64,000 nucleotides of DNA, from the NCBI GenBank assembly GCA_963668025.2, contig CAXXTH010000018.1, positions 96,001 through 160,000 of the forward strand, read 5' to 3'. The stretch is from Candidatus Hydrogenedentota bacterium. Its GTDB lineage: Bacteria; Hydrogenedentota; Hydrogenedentia; Hydrogenedentales; SLHB01. The position numbers and the translations under genes were made by a program. This document shows, one piece after another, positions 60,331 to 64,000 of this stretch (the first letter of the stretch is position 1; each line of letters starts with the position of its first letter). The notes under the pieces were generated by a model, which saw nothing but the letters and a program-made list of their open reading frames with translations, ran no database searches and had not been told where the DNA came from.

Positions 60331-61287
60331 AATAATTGTATACCCCCGATCGATGCACGACGACATGGGATCCGTGTCAAGATGCAGGAAATCATGGAAA
60401 TTCGTGCCATCGAAGGACTGGGTGATAAACCCGGGGCCATTTGCGTCGCCTATGCAACCGCTATGATTGGCGCCTACTAGAGTCGTGAGGTTTTGTATCG
60501 TGTAGCAATTTCTGATGTTCGTGGTTGAAGGGACCCCAAGATCATCATACGCGTATGTAGTGCTGTCACTATTATCCCAGAAGATAAAGTTCGTGATCCC
60601 GTTCACGCCGTTAGGGCCTTCATCGGTTCCATAACTATCATATATGGCCCCGCCCTCTCCATATGGCCCGTTAGCGGTGTTGGACACGAACGTGTTTTGT
60701 TTTAGTTTCAACGGATAATAATACGACATTGCTCCACCCGTTGTGTAAGCATAAATGACCTCATTTTTCCAGAACATGTTACTCATGATGGTGTTTCCAT
60801 TGCACATATCCATCGCGCCGCCGCCACCGTAGACACTAGCGCTACGGTTCTTGATAAACCAGTTCGATAGAATGAAACCATGGCGTGTGTCGCCTGCGGT
60901 CACGGTATCTCCGCAATAGGCCAGCGCCCCGCCGGAACTTGCCTGGTTACACCAGAAAATGTTCAGCCTGATGATCCCGTCGCAATCGTAGCACGCCCCG
61001 CCCGCGCCACTGGCGATATTGCTGGAAATCCAAGACTCATTGACATCATATGCGCCGAAGACATTGCGGTCGATGATGCCGTCCACGTTGTTGATGCATG
61101 CGCCATTGCCGGAAATGCTGTTGTTAATGAACTTGCAGTACATGATGGAGGCCTCGCAGCCATTACCCGCGATGCCGCCGCCATAGGCATACGCCGAATT
61201 CTTCTGAATCGTGAACCCTTGCAGCGAACAATCCCAGTTTTCCGTCCCACTGAACGTGACCGCACGGCCATTGTTGGCGGAGTTTAA

Positions 61288-61314
61288 CCACGGGGACACG
61301 GGGCGGCACGGGGA
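61288..61314 (+). repeat. CACGGGG-type triplet repeat at the truncation point of the pseudogene
   Basis: CCACGGGGACACGGGGCGGCACGGGGA, same family as 43724 and 47858. Confidence 0.88.
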
Positions 61315-61418
61315 TATTTTGGGCGATGATTTTAGTCGATGCCCAAACGCCCAGGCGCATGGACTCCCCGTTTCCCGGTGGGCGTCCATGCGTCTGGGCG
61401 GTTTTGTTTGGGGCATGG

Positions 61419-62918
61419 CTATTTTCTCATCCGCCGTGCACGCCATAGGGCAACGAGGAAGAGGCCGGTGAGGGCGGCTCCAGCGGCGAGGGGCAATATG
61501 GGCGGCGTGCTCGAGGGATCGAGCGGGTCCGTGCCATATTGGATCTCGATGCCGTCGGGGACATGGTCGCCGTCCGTGTCGGCCTTGTAGGGATGAGTGT
61601 GATAGGTGGTCCACTCCGTATCATTCGTGAGGCCATCACCGTCCGAATCCGCCTGCGGGTCGTATTCATACGCGCCTAGGTCGTAGTTCGCACCGAGGGG
61701 ACGTTGCGTGCCCGCCAAGTCAGGGGTATAAATTTCGGGAACATTTGTGTCCAGGCCATTCGCATCAATGGCAGGGCTGTCGGGCATGAGCCGGTAGTCA
61801 CCGTTCTCCGGATCGGCAAAATGGGGATCAATGTAGAGCACGCCAGTCTGATTAAGCTCGCTCACCGAATAGGTGCCGCTCGTTAATTTAAAGGGTTCAT
61901 CCCCGGCGTCCGGCACTAGATTATTCTGCGCATTCACAACTCCACGGAGGTACAAAACCGGCCCTTCCGGAGCTTGGTTGTTGATAAAGGTGCAGTGATC
62001 GACGGTATGGGAGCCCGCCCAGGTCTCCAATTGGACGTTTTCTCCTGAACTCAGGTACAACGCGCCGCCTTTTTCATCGGCCACATTATCTATGAATAGG
62101 CAACCGATGATGGCGCTAGCAAAGTGTATACCTAAGGCGCCGCCAATCGTGGCATGGTTGCCTCGAAAAATACAACGAATAAAAAGGGGCGCCGCTGCTT
62201 TGTTTGGAGAACCTCCTGAGTAAGCTCCATTATTATTCTCAAAAATGCAGTCATAGAAATAGGAGTTTCCGCTCGCACTTCTTGCATTGTTATTTCGGAA
62301 AAAACAGTTGCGGACGTTCACGATGGACCCAAGACCAACTGCCGAATGACCGTCGATTGCGTGATTTTCTTCAAAGATACAGTTTTCAATGACAATACCA
62401 ATGTCGTAATCGCTGCTTTTCGTTGTTAATGCCGCTGGCGGATCTTTAAACTCCCGAGAGTCTCCTCCCGTAATGGTGAATCCATCGATTGTGGAGTTCG
62501 CGTCGAGATAGACCACGCATGCGGCCGGCTTTCCCTCCAGCGTGTTGGAGCCATCAATTATGGTTTTGTAGAGAGAAAGAGACCGCTCGGAACGAGCGGC
62601 CTCCGTTCCCGAAAATCCGCCATAGAGGGCGATGCCTTCATATACCATGAGCGTGCCCGTTTCGACTTCGTCGTAACGGACAGAGGTGCCTCTTCTTGGC
62701 TCATTGTAAACGCCTTCCGCCACCCACACTTCTCCGCCGCCATCTGCTTTAGCTGTATCAACGGCAGGCTGAATGGTTGTGAAGGCTGTTTGCCACGTCG
62801 TTCCATCCTCCACGCCAGAATGGTTGTCTTTATCGACGTACCAGACATCCGCTATGGCATGCAGTGCGAAGGTGGAAACAAACAGGTAAAGCATGCAGTT
62901 CGAAATGCGCAGTATCAT
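61419..62918 (-). CDS. Beta-helix surface protein, copy C
   Basis: AAGGAGG RBS; signal peptide; same architecture and sorting signal as copy A. Confidence 0.9.
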   Translation of the reverse strand: MILRISNCMLYLFVSTFALHAIADVWYVDKDNHSGVEDGTTWQTAFTTIQPAVDTAKADGGGEVWVAEGVYNEPRRGTSVRYDEVETGTLMVYEGIALYGGFSGTEAARSERSLSLYKTIIDGSNTLEGKPAACVVYLDANSTIDGFTITGGDSREFKDPPAALTTKSSDYDIGIVIENCIFEENHAIDGHSAVGLGSIVNVRNCFFRNNNARSASGNSYFYDCIFENNNGAYSGGSPNKAAAPLFIRCIFRGNHATIGGALGIHFASAIIGCLFIDNVADEKGGALYLSSGENVQLETWAGSHTVDHCTFINNQAPEGPVLYLRGVVNAQNNLVPDAGDEPFKLTSGTYSVSELNQTGVLYIDPHFADPENGDYRLMPDSPAIDANGLDTNVPEIYTPDLAGTQRPLGANYDLGAYEYDPQADSDGDGLTNDTEWTTYHTHPYKADTDGDHVPDGIEIQYGTDPLDPSSTPPILPLAAGAALTGLFLVALWRARRMRK

Positions 62919-62946
62919 GTGCTAAACCTCCTTTTACAATGTATGT

Positions 62947-64000
62947 CTACATTTGTTGCTTCATCCGCCGCGCACGCCATAGGGCAACGAGGAGGAGGCC
63001 GGTGAGGGCGGCTCCGGCGGCGAGGGGCAAGATGGGCGGGGTGCTCGATGGATCGAGCGGGTCCGTGCCATATTGGATCTCGAGGCCGTCGGGGACATGG
63101 TCACCGTCCGTGTCGGCCTTGTAGGGGTGGGTGTGATACGTGGTCCACTCGGTGTTGTTCGTGAGGCCGTCGCCGTCTGAATCCGCTTCCGGGTCGTACT
63201 CGTACGCGCCAAAATCGTATTTTTCATTAATCGGGCGCGCCGTGCCCGCCAAGTCAAGTAACACAAATTCCGGATCGGTGTTTTCGAGATCATTTGAATC
63301 AATAGCCGGACTGTCAGGCATAAGACGGTAATCACCGTTTTCCGGATCCGCAAAATGGGGATCACCATTAAATAAACTGCCAAACCAGTGATATTCACCC
63401 TGTTCGACGGTAACGAGTTCATTTTCGGCGCTGGAAATCAAATTGTTCTCGATGTACAACAGTCCATACAGATACACTGTGGGCCCTTCCGGAGCTTGAT
63501 TATTCACGAATGTACAATGAGATATGTCGTGGGAACCTATCCACCCTCCTGTTTGGGCATCTGTTCCATTGTTCAGCCTTAAAGCTCCACCTTGTTCTTC
63601 TGCTGTATTACTTACAAAAAGGCAATTGGACACATGGCTGCCATTGGTAAGCCTCAATGCTCCGCCTTCTACGGCGTGATTGCCTCGAAAAATGCAGCGA
63701 ACAAACATCGGCGACCAATTGGTGGAGCCTCCTACGTAAGCGCCTTTGTTATTCTCAAAGACGCAGTCATAAAAGGAAGCATCTCTTTCCGCACCTAATG
63801 CGCTGTTGTTTCGAAATATGCATTTACGCACTTCCACAATAGACAAAAAGCTCACCACCGCTCCAGTTCCGTCGGACTTATTATTCTCGAAAATGCAGTT
63901 GCTAATATTAATGTTGTCTTTTTTGCGTGCCGTTAGTATCGCCGCTCCTGACCTGCCCAATGAGTTATGGGGATCAATCGATCGGGCGTATCCACCTGTA
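62947..64000 (-). CDS. Beta-helix surface protein, copy D (5' end outside the window)
   Basis: Same repeats and STPPILPLAAGA-TM-RARRMK tail; frame runs off the window edge. Confidence 0.88.
   Translation of the reverse strand, partial: TGGYARSIDPHNSLGRSGAAILTARKKDNINISNCIFENNKSDGTGAVVSFLSIVEVRKCIFRNNSALGAERDASFYDCVFENNKGAYVGGSTNWSPMFVRCIFRGNHAVEGGALRLTNGSHVSNCLFVSNTAEEQGGALRLNNGTDAQTGGWIGSHDISHCTFVNNQAPEGPTVYLYGLLYIENNLISSAENELVTVEQGEYHWFGSLFNGDPHFADPENGDYRLMPDSPAIDSNDLENTDPEFVLLDLAGTARPINEKYDFGAYEYDPEADSDGDGLTNNTEWTTYHTHPYKADTDGDHVPDGLEIQYGTDPLDPSSTPPILPLAAGAALTGLLLVALWRARRMKQQM

Larger units (their letters stand above)
58582..61280 (-). pseudogene. 5'-truncated beta-helix / choice-of-anchor-type gene interrupted by IS66
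   Basis: Fragment ...AVTFSGTE...GGGIAGN...SSCIDRGYTII (to about 60331) continues in frame as YHDTE...DIGADE...YEQY* (to 58582) once the IS and one TSD are removed; no start codon or signal peptide. Confidence 0.85.

Noticed and set aside
60319-61614. 431-aa ORF as an intact gene
   Set aside because: Its N-terminal ~110 aa are an alternative frame of copy C's 3' end plus hairpin and repeat sequence, and its end runs into the IS66 IR. Only the middle is a real gene fragment.
55466-64000. Diversity-generating retroelement (TR/VR pair)
   Set aside because: No reverse transcriptase is present. Differences between the repeated 3' ends are not adenine-specific, and those ends are the conserved part of the genes.

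Overview
A bacterial chromosomal segment, mostly GC-rich. The protein repertoire suggests Candidatus Hydrogenedentota or a PVC-like lineage, but this is inference only. The left and central parts hold housekeeping and carbohydrate genes: GH78 rhamnosidase, cysC, an orphan ftsA, glgP, a DeoR regulator, a UroD-like/DUF1638/GH4 cluster, mutL-miaA, an MsbA-like exporter, an FHA-GAF sigma54 activator, an MFS transporter, MacAB-TolC, a sulfatase-like protein, tRNA-Gln(CUG), and dnaA with upstream DnaA boxes. Two accessory paralog arrays stand out. (1) A YtrA/GntR regulator and one ABC ATPase are followed by five divergent, AT-richer permease-like genes, each bracketed by members of a family of ~9-nt-period triplet repeats, giving a cassette-like array that ends at the tRNA. 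(2) An exosortase H-like gene and a catalytically degenerate partner sit next to at least four mosaic beta-helix surface proteins sharing a 'STPPILPLAAGA-TM-basic' C-terminal sorting signal. A complete single-ORF IS66 (IR and 8-bp TSD) interrupts a fifth, truncated gene in this array. Other signals: an internally deleted IS200 splitting a small Zn-finger gene; plant-telomere-like TTTAGGG tracts at stop codons (G-quadruplex-capable); and a candidate sigma54-dependent small RNA downstream of the activator.
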